Below are positions 1 to 9,350 of a DNA stretch of 64,000 nt, one piece after another; the first letter of the stretch is position 1, and each line of letters begins with the position of its first letter. The translations under genes were made by a program, and so were the position numbers. The notes under the pieces were generated by a model. The model did not search any database. It was not told the DNA's origin and saw nothing but the letters and a program-made list of their open reading frames with translations. Source of the stretch: a bacterium (lineage in GTDB: Bacteria; Patescibacteriota; Minisyncoccia; UBA6257; GWB1-50-10); contig NZBZ01000001.1 of assembly GCA_002686365.1 (NCBI GenBank), positions 58,405 through 122,404 on the forward strand, given 5' to 3'.

Positions 1-223
1 TATAAATTGGTTCTATTTTCATGACCATTCCCGGCCCTCCTCCGTATGGAGTGTCATCAACTGTCTTGTGTTTATCCTTTGCGAACTTTCTTGGGTCTAT
101 GGTTTTTATTTTTATAAGTTTCTTTTTTGCTGCTTTTCCAAGAATTGAAGTTTCAAGGTATGAGGAACATGCCTCTGGAAAGATTGAAATTATGGAAAAT
201 GTGATGCTTTTCTTTCTTAACAT
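1..223 (-). CDS. trmD: tRNA (guanine-N1)-methyltransferase TrmD, 5' part (runs off window)
   Basis: Manual translation MLRKKSITFSIISIFPE...HKTVDDTPYGGGPGMVMKIEPI contains the TrmD motif; follows rpsP-khpA. Confidence 0.95.
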   Translation of the reverse strand, partial: MLRKKSITFSIISIFPEACSSYLETSILGKAAKKKLIKIKTIDPRKFAKDKHKTVDDTPYGGGPGMVMKIEPIY

Positions 224-299
224 ACTTTTATTGTATCAAATAGGCACAAACCTCCCCCAACATAACGTCGGGGGAGGCTTGCTTATTGAATAGATAAGT

Positions 300-590
300 C
301 TATTCCTCTTCTTCTTTTCTTGGAGCTCTGGTTCCGCCTTCTGGCTCTTCGATTTTCAGATTCACTCTTGCATTGCTTTTGATTCCAACAATGCGAAGAA
401 GTGTTCTGATTGCTTTTGCTGTTGAGCCTTGTCGACCAACCACCTGCCCCATATCTTGTGCGTTTACTTTGAGTGTCAGGAGCACCCCCATTTCATCTAT
501 CTTTCGTTCAGTCTGAACATCGTCTGGGTGATCTACGATAGACTTTACAATATACTCGAGAAATTCCTTATCAGCTATATTATCAGCCAT
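300..590 (-). CDS. khpA: KH-domain RNA-binding protein KhpA
   Basis: DMGQVVGRQGSTAKAIRTLL KH motif; between rpsP and trmD. Confidence 0.9.
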   Translation of the reverse strand: MADNIADKEFLEYIVKSIVDHPDDVQTERKIDEMGVLLTLKVNAQDMGQVVGRQGSTAKAIRTLLRIVGIKSNARVNLKIEEPEGGTRAPRKEEEE

Positions 591-665
591 GTCTTTCTTT
601 GTGATTATCTAGTACATTTCTTCTACTCGACCTTTTCTGTTAATCAATCGCATCGATTACCTTAT

Positions 666-1115
666 TTATTCAGGCTTCTTTTCCTCAGTCTCTTTTTTTA
701 CTTCGTCTTTGGGCTCTTTGGCTGGAGTTTTATCTTCTTTTTTATCCTCGGTCTTCTCTTCTTTTATTTCATCTTTTTCCGGTGCCTCTTTTTTCCCTGC
801 CTGCGCAGGCAGGTGTTCACCTTTTTCATCCCCTGCTTTTTCTTTTTTCTTTTTGATATTATGTACTGCAATTTTTGGTCCCTTTACTACTCCTTGTTTT
901 ACAAGGAAGTTGTGGACCGTGTCTGTGGGTTTTGCTCCCCTCTCAATCCAGTGAAGTACTTTTTCTTTGTCTACTTCCTGAGTTTTCTCGTGTGGATTTG
1001 TCCACCCGAGGTCGTCTACAAATTTTCCTCCGAGCTTAGATCGTTTCTCCATGACTACGAGTCGGAGATATTTTTGGTGTTTTTTTCCTGTTTTTCTGAA
1101 TTTTATTCGTAACAT
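666..1115 (-). CDS. rpsP: 30S ribosomal protein S16 with Lys/Glu-rich tail
   Basis: MLRIKFRKTGKKHQ...WIERGAKPTDTV. Confidence 0.95.
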   Translation of the reverse strand: MLRIKFRKTGKKHQKYLRLVVMEKRSKLGGKFVDDLGWTNPHEKTQEVDKEKVLHWIERGAKPTDTVHNFLVKQGVVKGPKIAVHNIKKKKEKAGDEKGEHLPAQAGKKEAPEKDEIKEEKTEDKKEDKTPAKEPKDEVKKETEEKKPE

Positions 1116-1172
1116 GTGTTTGGTATTTAGGATGTTTACGTTTGCCTACGATAGTGGATATCTTTGAAAAAA

Positions 1173-3344
1173 TCAAGCACTAGCGACTTTTTCAGCGTCT
1201 TCCAGCCTTAGGGAGAGTACTTTAGATACTCCGTCTTCTCCCATGGTGATGCCATATAGAATTGAGGCTTTTTCCATAGTGATTTTGTTGTGTGTAACGA
1301 TGATAAATTGAGTTTTGTCTGAGAATTTGGATAGAAGTTCTGAAAATCTTCGCGCATTTTCATCATCGAGCGCTGCATCTATTTCATCAAGAACAAGAAA
1401 TGGCGGCGGGCTAATCGAAATAAGTGAGAAGAGCGCTGCCATTGATACTAGGCTTTTTTCTCCGCCAGAGAGCATGTCCAGATTTTTTATTTTCTTTCTC
1501 GGGATATTTATTTCAAAATCTACTCCTCTGGTGTCTTCCGAGTCTTTTTCGTTTTCTTTGTTTTCTTCCTGTACGGGAATATCTTCGTTTATTTCCTGAG
1601 ATTCTTTTGTGAGTTTGAGCTTTGCCCTTCCTCCTCCGAACATGAGCCCGAAGTATGTGTTAAATGCTTCGTTTATCTTTTTGAAGGAGTTTTTGAATTC
1701 GTTGTGGACTCTTGTTTCAAGGTCTTTAATTATTTCTTTTAGATCTCCTGAGGCTCGTTCGAGATCTTCCAGCTCTTTTGAGAGAAATTCATATCGTTCT
1801 TCTGTTTCTTTGGCTTCTCCTAAAAGTTCTTTGTCAATCTCTCCAATTGAAGCAAGCTCTGCCCTGAGCTTAAATATTCTTTTTTCCGCTTCTTTCCAGT
1901 CAATTTCTTCTGTCTCTTCTCTTTTTTCTGCGAGACGTTCCAGCTCTTCTTTAGTTCGTTCCAGAGATTCCCATTGTGTTTTTAGATCTTCTATTTTTAG
2001 CTGTAGTTTTTCTTTTTCGAATAGATTTTTCTGAAGTTGTGTTTCTAGGGCGCGAATGGCGTTTTTTTCATTTTCAATTTGCTCGAGTTGTTTTTTAAAC
2101 TCTTGATTTATTTTTTGCTGGTTTTCAATGAGGTTTTTTTCTTCCCCTCTTACTTTTTGAATTTTATTTTCTATGTTTTGAAGTTTTTCTCGGAGCTTTT
2201 CAGTAGATTCGGGTGTTTTTGACTCTTCTTTTTTCTCTTTTATATTAAAGATTTTCTCGAGTTTTTTTAGCCAGCCGAGCACCTTATCTTTTATGTTTTC
2301 TATGTCGTTTATTTTTGCTGTTTCCTTCAGCTCTTTTCGAAGCGTTTTCGCGTAGTCGATTAGCTCTTCTACAGAATATTCTTCTCTTAGATCTACTGAT
2401 TTTTGTATTTCCAGCTTTGTTTCAATTCTTACTATTTCTCTTTCTATCTCGGATTTTTCTTTAAGGAATTTTTCCAGATCTGATTCTTCAGAGTTTTCGA
2501 TTTTTTCGTAGTTCTGTTTTTCGAATGCTTTTAATGTTTCTTCAAGCTTTATTATGACCTGCTCCTGAGTTTTCTTTTTTGATTCTATCGGGGCTGCTGT
2601 TTTTTGTATTTTTTCTAGAGCGTTTTTGTATTTTTTAATGTGGAAGCCGAAGTATTTGTTTTCTAATTCTTTTCCTTCTTGCTCTATTTCAGTTCGTTTG
2701 TCCCAGCGGCGCCTCTGTCTTCTTAAAAATCTTAGGTGTGGTTTTATCTCATCTACCATTGCGGCAACCTTTTCCATATTTATTTTTGTTGTTTTGAGTT
2801 TTCTGTTTGCTTCGTTCTTTTTCAATCGGAATTCTTTTAGACCGAGAATTTCTTCTATCATTATTCGTCTCTCCTCTGGAGAGCTTTTTACAAATAGGTC
2901 GCTTTCGCCCTGACCAATGATAGTCATTCCTCTGGTGCCAAGACGCGCCCTTGCAAGAATGGGAGCTAGGTTTTTTAGCCGTATCTCGGCGCTATTTAGA
3001 GATATTTTTGAGCTTCCTGACTTGTCTACTTTTCGTTCGAGTGTTGCTTCTTCCGCATCTGCCGGAAAAATATTTTTTGTATTCCGGAAATGGAGCGCGA
3101 CGCGCGCCATGCTTGAGGCCGGTTTTTTGGGCGTGCCCGCAAAAATAAGATTGCCGATGGATTCTCCTCGGAGATTTTTTGCAGCTCGTTCTCCTAGCGC
3201 CCAGCGTAGGGCATCTACAATGTTTGATTTGCCGGAGCCGTTTGGACCGACAATCCCCACTATTTTTTCAGGGAGATTAAAGTCAGTTTTTTGCGCGAAG
3301 GATTTGAATCCTTGAATTTCTATCTTTTTTAGGAAGGTGGGCAT
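1173..3344 (-). CDS. smc: Short SMC-family chromosome segregation ATPase
   Basis: GFKSFA, Walker A GPNGSGKSN, signature LSGGEKS, Walker B LDEIDAALD, coiled coils. Confidence 0.9.
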   Translation of the reverse strand: MPTFLKKIEIQGFKSFAQKTDFNLPEKIVGIVGPNGSGKSNIVDALRWALGERAAKNLRGESIGNLIFAGTPKKPASSMARVALHFRNTKNIFPADAEEATLERKVDKSGSSKISLNSAEIRLKNLAPILARARLGTRGMTIIGQGESDLFVKSSPEERRIMIEEILGLKEFRLKKNEANRKLKTTKINMEKVAAMVDEIKPHLRFLRRQRRRWDKRTEIEQEGKELENKYFGFHIKKYKNALEKIQKTAAPIESKKKTQEQVIIKLEETLKAFEKQNYEKIENSEESDLEKFLKEKSEIEREIVRIETKLEIQKSVDLREEYSVEELIDYAKTLRKELKETAKINDIENIKDKVLGWLKKLEKIFNIKEKKEESKTPESTEKLREKLQNIENKIQKVRGEEKNLIENQQKINQEFKKQLEQIENEKNAIRALETQLQKNLFEKEKLQLKIEDLKTQWESLERTKEELERLAEKREETEEIDWKEAEKRIFKLRAELASIGEIDKELLGEAKETEERYEFLSKELEDLERASGDLKEIIKDLETRVHNEFKNSFKKINEAFNTYFGLMFGGGRAKLKLTKESQEINEDIPVQEENKENEKDSEDTRGVDFEINIPRKKIKNLDMLSGGEKSLVSMAALFSLISISPPPFLVLDEIDAALDDENARRFSELLSKFSDKTQFIIVTHNKITMEKASILYGITMGEDGVSKVLSLRLEDAEKVASA

Positions 3345-3361
3345 GTGCGTCAAGGAATTGC

Positions 3362-4066
3362 TTACGCTTTCTTCTTCTCTACTTTTTTCAGGGCATTTAC
3401 TGCTGCATCTCGTTCAGCCTCTTGTTTTGAGAATCCTTTCCCTGTTTCAATTTTTTTGTTTCCGAAGAATACTGCGGCTATGAATTCTTTGTCATGATCA
3501 GGGCCTTCTTCTTGGAGGATTTTGTATGTTGGAGTGAGTTTTTGCCCCTCTTGGACTATTTCCTGAAGTTGGCTTTTCGCGTCTATGAATAGTTCTTTTT
3601 CCAGAACTTCTTCAAGCTGGTCCAGAATGTATTTTTTGATAAACTTTTCTGCTTTTGCGTAGTTTTGGTCTATATATATTGCGCCGATAAGGGCCTCTAC
3701 GGAGTTTGCAATGATTGCTTCTTTTGCTCGCCCCTCATCTTTTGCCTCGCCCCTTGAGAGGAGTATATATTTTTCAAGGCTTAGACTTTCCGCAACGTTT
3801 GAGAGCATCGTGTGATTTACGAGTGCTGCTCTGATGCTTGTAAGTTCTCCCTCCTGCTTTTCAGGGAATTTATTAAAGAGAAAGTCTGTTGTGACGAGTT
3901 CAAGTACTGCGTCTCCGAGATATTCCAAACGTTCGTTGTGAGGAAGAGCCCACTTTGTGTTTTCGTTCAAATAAGAACGATGAGTGAAGGCCTCTCGGAG
4001 GATGTCTTTGTTTTTGAACTTTATTTTTAGTTGTTTTTCGAGTTCTTCGAGTTTTGTTTCAGGCAC
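3362..4066 (-). CDS. rnc: Ribonuclease III
   Basis: HNERLEYLGDAVL signature plus C-terminal dsRBD. Confidence 0.97.
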   Translation of the reverse strand: MPETKLEELEKQLKIKFKNKDILREAFTHRSYLNENTKWALPHNERLEYLGDAVLELVTTDFLFNKFPEKQEGELTSIRAALVNHTMLSNVAESLSLEKYILLSRGEAKDEGRAKEAIIANSVEALIGAIYIDQNYAKAEKFIKKYILDQLEEVLEKELFIDAKSQLQEIVQEGQKLTPTYKILQEEGPDHDKEFIAAVFFGNKKIETGKGFSKQEAERDAAVNALKKVEKKKA

Positions 4067-4139
4067 AGTGGTATACGAAATACGAAAGAGTACGAAATTA
4101 CGGAATTTGTATTCCTAATCTTTCGTATTTTGTAATTAA

Positions 4140-4679
4140 TTATTTTTTCTTTGTTTTTTTCTTCGCGGCTTTTTTAGGTTTTTTTGCTGCTTTTTTCTTT
4201 GCTGAGGTTTTTGGCTTTGTCTTTTTCTTTTTGGTCGGTGAATTAGACGAAGTCTGTTCTTTTTCTTTTAGTTCGTTGAAGATTGTTCCTAAGACGCCGT
4301 TTATGAACTTTGATGAGTTTTGCCCGCCAAAGTTTTTCGCAAGCTCTATGCTTTCATTTATTGCTACTTTGTGAGGCACCTCTTCTTCGTCGGCATATAA
4401 AAGTTCGTAGATGCCGAGTCGGAGAATGTTTCTGTCTACGATTGCGATTTGCGGGATTGGCCAGTCAGGCGCTGCGCGCTCTATTACTTTATCAATTCCT
4501 TCTAGTTTATCTATAACTCCGCCAATTAGTTTCCAGACAAACTCGGGCTCATCAATGTCTTGTCCGAACGCCTCCATGTTTCTTTCTATGAGCTTGTCCA
4601 GATCAATTTTCTTTTCGTAGAAATCCCATTCGTAAAGGGATTGAAGAATAATGCTTCTACAAAGGTGACGTGTAGCCAT
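4140..4679 (-). CDS. nusB: Transcription antitermination factor NusB
   Basis: [30 protein letters not shown]. Confidence 0.95.
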   Translation of the reverse strand: MATRHLCRSIILQSLYEWDFYEKKIDLDKLIERNMEAFGQDIDEPEFVWKLIGGVIDKLEGIDKVIERAAPDWPIPQIAIVDRNILRLGIYELLYADEEEVPHKVAINESIELAKNFGGQNSSKFINGVLGTIFNELKEKEQTSSNSPTKKKKTKPKTSAKKKAAKKPKKAAKKKTKKK

Positions 4680-4733
4680 AACGTTAGCTTTTTCAGCCCG
4701 AGGCTGATTCGCCTTGGGCGAAAGCTTTATTAA

Positions 4734-5009
4734 TTATTGGGAAGGTTCTTTGGATTTTGACCCTGTTTTTGATTGTACTACTTTTTTTGGCTTTTCTGAA
4801 GGCGTAGGAGTGGATTTCTTTTCTTTTGGTTTTTCTGACATTTCTTTAGGCATTTTTGCTGCTCGATAGGTATTACATTGTGGGCATGATCTATGAGGTA
4901 TGGTAACGCCTCCGCAGGATGGACAGATTTGTACTGCTATCTTTTTTGCGTTTTTCTGTGACCTTCTTCTTCCTACTTTTGATTTTGAGTCTCGTTTTTT
5001 GGGTACCAT
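4734..5009 (-). CDS. rpmF: 50S ribosomal protein L32
   Basis: MVPKKR...CPSCG...PHRSCPQC zinc ribbon. Confidence 0.9.
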   Translation of the reverse strand: MVPKKRDSKSKVGRRRSQKNAKKIAVQICPSCGGVTIPHRSCPQCNTYRAAKMPKEMSEKPKEKKSTPTPSEKPKKVVQSKTGSKSKEPSQ

Positions 5010-5097
5010 TGTATTTCACTAATTGCACTAATGTATACGAATTGCACTAATTTGTGAAATTCGTGTTCATTCGTGTCATCTGTGTGTAAGAATTGGT

Positions 5098-5709
5098 TCA
5101 AATGCTACTGTATTTTGAGATAAAGGTCAATCTGTGAATTGGAGATAGACCGTGTTTTTTCAGGGCTTTTAAGTGTATTTTTGTTCCATATCCTTTGTGT
5201 TTGTGAAATTCGTATTTTGGATATTTTTTGTGTTTTTTTGTGATATATGCGTCTCGGCGGACTTTTGCTGCGATTGAGGCGAGTTTGATTGTAGTAATGC
5301 GTTCGTCACCTCGTACGATAGCTTTTAGCTTATAGCTTTTAGCTTCGTTAGCTTTTATTCGGATGCCGGCGTCGAGGTAGATTTGCGTTTTGGAAGCTGA
5401 AAATCTGATCTTAGAAATTAGTCGTTTTAATGCTCTTGTCGCGGCGAGATCTGCGGCTCTAGCTATGTTTATTCTGTCTATTGTTTTGGGATAGACCATT
5501 GCTACTGCGTAAATTATGTTTGGGTTGGTTTTTATATATTCAAACCATGCTTTGCGAGCCTGCTCGGAAAGTTTTTTAGAATCTTTGAGAGAGATTTTTG
5601 TAAGATTTGTTTTTGGTCGGAAGTTTTTTGGAATAAGGACAACGCCTACAGCTACAGGGCCTGCGAGTGGTCCTCTGCCTGCTTCGTCTATGCCGATTAC
5701 ATACTGCAT
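5098..5709 (-). CDS. rnhB: Ribonuclease HII
   Basis: GIDEAGRGPLAGP, DSKKL, ASIAAKV, KGYGT. Confidence 0.96.
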   Translation of the reverse strand: MQYVIGIDEAGRGPLAGPVAVGVVLIPKNFRPKTNLTKISLKDSKKLSEQARKAWFEYIKTNPNIIYAVAMVYPKTIDRINIARAADLAATRALKRLISKIRFSASKTQIYLDAGIRIKANEAKSYKLKAIVRGDERITTIKLASIAAKVRRDAYITKKHKKYPKYEFHKHKGYGTKIHLKALKKHGLSPIHRLTFISKYSSI

Positions 5710-5732
5710 GGAGTTATTGTATCACTCTTATA

Positions 5733-5763
5733 AAAAGAAAGAGGAGGCTTGTTGGGCCTCCTT
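5733..5763 (-). terminator. Intrinsic terminator ending the Phe-leader operon
   Basis: AGGAGGC-CCAACAA-GCCTCCT followed by a T-rich tract on the minus strand. Confidence 0.65.
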
Positions 5764-5811
5764 ATGGTGGGTTCACGAAGTCGTACTTCGTGAGGTTGTC
5801 AGCTAAATCAG

Positions 5812-6435
5812 CTACGCAGCGTGTCCCTCTTGGGCGAGGTTCTTTCCGTCCCAGCAGATTCGGAGGGAGTTGTGTGCACCTCCATGATCGTAATAGGGGG
5901 TGCTGAGTTTTGTCCCTTGGCGCATTTCGATCACTGTGACGCGAGTGGTTGTTCCGTCCATGTCGACGAAATACTCTGCAATGTCAGTAGTGGGTCGATT
6001 AGGGCGATCTACTCGCGGCTGTACAGGAACTCGTATGAGCACTAGCGCAGTTGAGTTTCGGTCTTCTGGGCTTTCGGGGCCGAGCGTTGGCGGCTCTCCG
6101 TTTCCTGATGGGAGAAGAGATGCTCGCGTGATCTCTATTGTCTCTGGTTCAAAACCAGTTACCCTCAGGCATGCCTCTGTGTCTCCGTGTGGAGATTCCA
6201 TGAGGGGTACGTGAAGCGTGCCATTTGTTCCAACAATGCACATTCCCTTTTGCACGCCTTGGGGTGTTGCTGTAAAGAGTAGCATTCTCACCTTTCGATC
6301 AGTGGCCCGTTCAGTTGTCGAAGATCTTGTGCTTCGTTCCAAGCACGCCAAATCATTATTGTACCAAATTTGGTGCGCTTGGAAAAAGGCGGGAGCTGTG
6401 CTTGGTGCTCCCGCGTGAGTCGTCGTAATGGTCAC
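5812..6435 (-). CDS. Hypothetical protein, last gene of Phe-leader operon
   Basis: 207-aa GC-rich ORF starting 3 nt after the aroF stop; no recognised motif. Confidence 0.6.
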   Translation of the reverse strand: MTITTTHAGAPSTAPAFFQAHQIWYNNDLACLERSTRSSTTERATDRKVRMLLFTATPQGVQKGMCIVGTNGTLHVPLMESPHGDTEACLRVTGFEPETIEITRASLLPSGNGEPPTLGPESPEDRNSTALVLIRVPVQPRVDRPNRPTTDIAEYFVDMDGTTTRVTVIEMRQGTKLSTPYYDHGGAHNSLRICWDGKNLAQEGHAA

Positions 6436-6438
6436 GGA

Positions 6439-7635
6439 TTAGAGCTGCGCTGCTCTGTCTCCGCCGCCTTCTTCGAGGGTTCCTTTGCCGACGACCGTTT
6501 TGGCCCTTCCGAAGAGCCGTTCCCGGTCATCAGAGACTCGTTTCTCGTAGATCGGCTCGAGGGCCGCGGAAGGGACGTAGAGATGGGCGATGGTCTCGCG
6601 TAGTTTCCATACTTCCTTTGTGGCTTCGACGAGATTCCCTATCTGTTCAGGGAAGAGTGTTTGGAATCCGTCTGACTTGGCGACGAGCGGATTCGGGTGT
6701 GCCTCGACGAGCAGTACGGAGGCTCCTGCGAGGATGCCCGCGAGCGTCATTGGGTGAACCAGGTCACGGTTTCCTGTGCCGTGAGAGGCGTCGATTGCTG
6801 CGGGCAGATGAGTGAGTTGGTGGTGGAATGCGGCGATGGACCCGAGGTCGAGAGTGTTGCGCGTGTATTGAGAGGGTCCCGTTACTCCGCGCTCGCAGAG
6901 TATGATGTTCTCTTTGCCATTGATCATCATGCGTTCAACCCAGAGGAGGTAGTCCTCAGGATCGAGAGAGTTCCCTCTCTTGTGGATGACTGGCAGGTCG
7001 GTCCCTCGTAGCGCGTTCAGGAGTATGGTGTTGCGGCTGTTCGGCTCGCCGATCTGAAGGCAGTCCACGCCTGCGTCTTCATAGACGTTAATGAGGGAGG
7101 GGTCGAGGATTTCCACCACGACAGGCATTTGGTGTTCGCGTCCGGCTCTGACGATATACCGAAGTCCTTCGATGAGGTCATCGGTGGATTGTGCTCCAAT
7201 CCCTTCCCAGCCGCTGTATGGGCTGGAACGGTACTTGTGCACGCCGCCGCGGAGGACGTGCGCGCCAGCATCCTTCATAATGCGCGCCGCTTCCATCATC
7301 TGACGCTCGCTCTCGATGGAGCAGGGTCCGGCCACGACGACGAGGTCTCCACCGCCGATCGTTACGTTCCCGATTGGGAATGTTGAGTAGAATCGGTCGG
7401 TCCCCGTGCCTTTCTGCGTTGCGCGTTTGTAGGCGCGCGAGATGGAGATGATTTCCTCGACGCCTGGCATCTCGAAGATACGCCCGCGAGGGGCTTGGGA
7501 GACATCTCCGTAGACGCCTATCAGCGTGTGATCCTTGCCGGGCATCTTTCCAGTTTCGAACTCGAGCTCTCTGAGTAGTCTTTCCACGGCGCTGATCTGG
7601 GCCCTGGTTGCTCCTTGTCGCATCTTGACGATCAT
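6439..7635 (-). CDS. aroF: DAHP synthase type I-beta with N-terminal ferredoxin/ACT-like regulatory domain; atypical motifs
   Basis: AGPCSIE, RGG..KYRSSPYS, KRG, LCERG, DASHGTG, EAHPNP..A.SDG.Q. Confidence 0.88.
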   Translation of the reverse strand: MIVKMRQGATRAQISAVERLLRELEFETGKMPGKDHTLIGVYGDVSQAPRGRIFEMPGVEEIISISRAYKRATQKGTGTDRFYSTFPIGNVTIGGGDLVVVAGPCSIESERQMMEAARIMKDAGAHVLRGGVHKYRSSPYSGWEGIGAQSTDDLIEGLRYIVRAGREHQMPVVVEILDPSLINVYEDAGVDCLQIGEPNSRNTILLNALRGTDLPVIHKRGNSLDPEDYLLWVERMMINGKENIILCERGVTGPSQYTRNTLDLGSIAAFHHQLTHLPAAIDASHGTGNRDLVHPMTLAGILAGASVLLVEAHPNPLVAKSDGFQTLFPEQIGNLVEATKEVWKLRETIAHLYVPSAALEPIYEKRVSDDRERLFGRAKTVVGKGTLEEGGGDRAAQL

Positions 7636-7808
7636 TCTTCGTCTCCCTCTCTGTCGTCTGACTCTGAATCAGGATGATGAGTGCAGTTGTCTTGGTTGCT
7701 CGGGTGGTCTGCTCGTTCTGGGTCCTGCCTCGGAGTTCTGGGTAGATGAAGAGTCTGCTTCTTGTCATGTCCTATGGGCAGCAACATTCTTGTGCGTGTC
7801 GTCGCCAT
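7632..7808 (-). CDS. 58-aa hypothetical protein coupled to aroF (not in ORF track)
   Basis: SD GAGAGGA; MATTRTRMLLPIGHDKKQ...DDREGDEE*; stop overlaps aroF start (ATGA). Confidence 0.6.
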   Translation of the reverse strand: MATTRTRMLLPIGHDKKQTLHLPRTPRQDPERADHPSNQDNCTHHPDSESDDREGDEE

Positions 7809-7828
7809 GATTTTTCCTCTCGCTATTC

Positions 7829-8026
7829 CTATTTGATCTGGAAGGGCTTTCCAATGAAGCCGCAGCCTTGTCCTCGGCAGGAGCGTCTGCTTTGGCCGTC
7901 TCTTGTGGTGATTTCTATCAGTTTTTCTTCACCACATTTTGGGCAGGAGCCCTCTTCCCAGTCTATTCCAAGGTGTATGCTCATGGGATCTGGTCTTGTC
8001 TCGCGGTACTTACTCAGGAAGGGCAT
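7829..8026 (-). CDS. Small zinc-ribbon protein (65 aa)
   Basis: CPKC...CRGQGC; purine-rich RBS before ATG 8026; first gene after the Phe attenuator. Confidence 0.65.
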   Translation of the reverse strand: MPFLSKYRETRPDPMSIHLGIDWEEGSCPKCGEEKLIEITTRDGQSRRSCRGQGCGFIGKPFQIK

Positions 8027-8171
8027 GACTTTCTTTCCGTGTCCGTGACGTGTTTGCAGCAGAATCAGGCCGATGTTTGCTGCGTTGTAAGGTGCAATTT
8101 GGCCTGAAAGTTGAGTGTTTTTTACAAAATACCCAATTTTCAAGTCAAAGATTTTGCGTTGTCCGCGCACT

Positions 8172-8202
8172 AAAACAAAACGCCCCTTGGCTAGGGGGTT
8201 TT
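8172..8202 (-). terminator. Attenuator terminator (Phe leader)
   Basis: AAAACCCCC-TAGCCAA-GGGGCGTTTTGTTTT. Confidence 0.85.
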
Positions 8203-8247
8203 CTTTAAACTATGTGTTTATTTTAGCTTTTCGCTTCTGAAAACCAC

Positions 8248-8307
8248 CTAACCCTTGGAGGGCATAAAGAAAAATCCAAAGAAAAAGGTGTTTTGCGGTG
8301 ATTTCAT
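8248..8307 (-). CDS. Phe-rich attenuation leader peptide MKSPQNTFFFGFFFMPSKG
   Basis: 6 Phe in 7 codons, like E. coli PheL; promoter upstream; antiterminator and terminator downstream. Confidence 0.9.
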   Translation of the reverse strand: MKSPQNTFFFGFFFMPSKG

Positions 8308-8317
8308 GATTGATTGC

Positions 8318-8346
8318 ATTTTTGCAGGTTTATGGTTTTTTGTCAA
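8318..8346 (-). promoter_or_regulatory. sigma70 promoter of Phe leader
   Basis: TTGACA-17 nt-AAAAAT. Confidence 0.6.
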
Positions 8347-8402
8347 ATAAAAAAAGAGCCTTTAACGGAAGGCTCTTGCGTGTAGATTAGTGTTGGTGGG
8401 TG

Positions 8403-8624
8403 TTAGCCGCCGAGCTGCATTATCGTAGCGGGGATAGCTCTTGTCCCCAGTATTCGAAGTTCGCGTGTCAGGGTTTGGCGGAGTTCGTCGTCGCTTGTAG
8501 CCCTCTGTAGCCTTCGCTCAAGCGTTGCTTGTTGGGTAAGCTGGTCGTGAAACCTTCTTTCCAACTTAGCCCGATGTGTGGCGAGGTCTGGGTGAACGAG
8601 TTCTCCAGGAAGGTCGGCGGTCAT
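8403..8624 (-). CDS. Hypothetical helical protein (73 aa)
   Basis: TAATG coupling to upstream gene; SD GAGGAG; terminator-like hairpin downstream. Confidence 0.65.
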   Translation of the reverse strand: MTADLPGELVHPDLATHRAKLERRFHDQLTQQATLERRLQRATSDDELRQTLTRELRILGTRAIPATIMQLGG

Positions 8625-9067
8625 TACTCGCTCTCCTCGTCTGGTTCGCCTAGGGCCTTGTTTAGGCCGTCTACGAATGCGAAGAAGAAGGCTTCGGTCG
8701 TGTTGCGGCTTTCGCCGACGCCAGTTACTTCCTCGTCGTTCACTTGGAGTGGCAGTTCGACTCTTCCCGTTGCTGCTGTTTTGTCTTCGTCCGTGGCTGT
8801 TGTTGCTTCGTCTCCATTCATGATGTGCACTGGGATTTCATCTCCGATGAGCTGTAGATCTGTTCCAGTTGCTTTCTGGATAGCTTTGGCGATGGCGTTC
8901 CAGGGTCCTTCTCCAGTCGATGCTTCTACGTGTTTGTCACCGTCGATGTCGATGACTACGTTGGCCGTTGTTGTGACGCTGTTTCTTGGTCCTTCTGCTG
9001 CGTCTCTGTCTGCATCAGGCTTTGTTCCCGTGATGCACAGGAAGCTGTGTGCTTTATACTTCGGCAT
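8624..9067 (-). CDS. Stand-alone LeuA/CimA C-terminal allosteric (LeuA_dimer-like) domain, 147 aa
   Basis: ANVVIDIDG..HVEASTGEGPWNAIAKAIQK and GVGESRNTTEAFFFAFVDGLN match the IPMS regulatory-domain pattern; no catalytic barrel; SD GGAAAGGA. Confidence 0.75.
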   Translation of the reverse strand: MPKYKAHSFLCITGTKPDADRDAAEGPRNSVTTTANVVIDIDGDKHVEASTGEGPWNAIAKAIQKATGTDLQLIGDEIPVHIMNGDEATTATDEDKTAATGRVELPLQVNDEEVTGVGESRNTTEAFFFAFVDGLNKALGEPDEESE

Positions 9068-9207
9068 CGGTTGTCCTTTCCGGACATGTGATGTCTTCTT
9101 GTACACCGGTCTATACATTGAAGACGTTTTCGATGAACGTATTGCTTTTCCGGAAAGTAGATATTTCTTCTGAATTATCCACTTTCCGAGGCACAATTTG
9201 TGTGTAT

Positions 9208-9235
9208 AAAAAATACCCTTTGGTTAGGGTATTTT
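9208..9235 (-). terminator. Attenuator terminator (Leu leader)
   Basis: AAAATACCC-TAACCAAA-GGGTATTTTT. Confidence 0.85.
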
Positions 9236-9269
9236 GCAAGTTTTTGTAATCGTATTAACTCAAAACGCC

Positions 9270-9341
9270 CTAACCGTGGGATTCTGTAAGGAGGAGGTTA
9301 AGAAGAAGTCCGTTTTGATATAGCACAACTGCTTTTTGCAT
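9270..9341 (-). CDS. Leu-rich attenuation leader peptide MQKAVVLYQNGLLLNLLLTESHG
   Basis: CTT CTT CTT AAC CTC CTC CTT; antiterminator GGTTAGGGCGTTTT spans the stop codon. Confidence 0.9.
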   Translation of the reverse strand: MQKAVVLYQNGLLLNLLLTESHG

Positions 9342-9350
9342 GTTGAGTAT

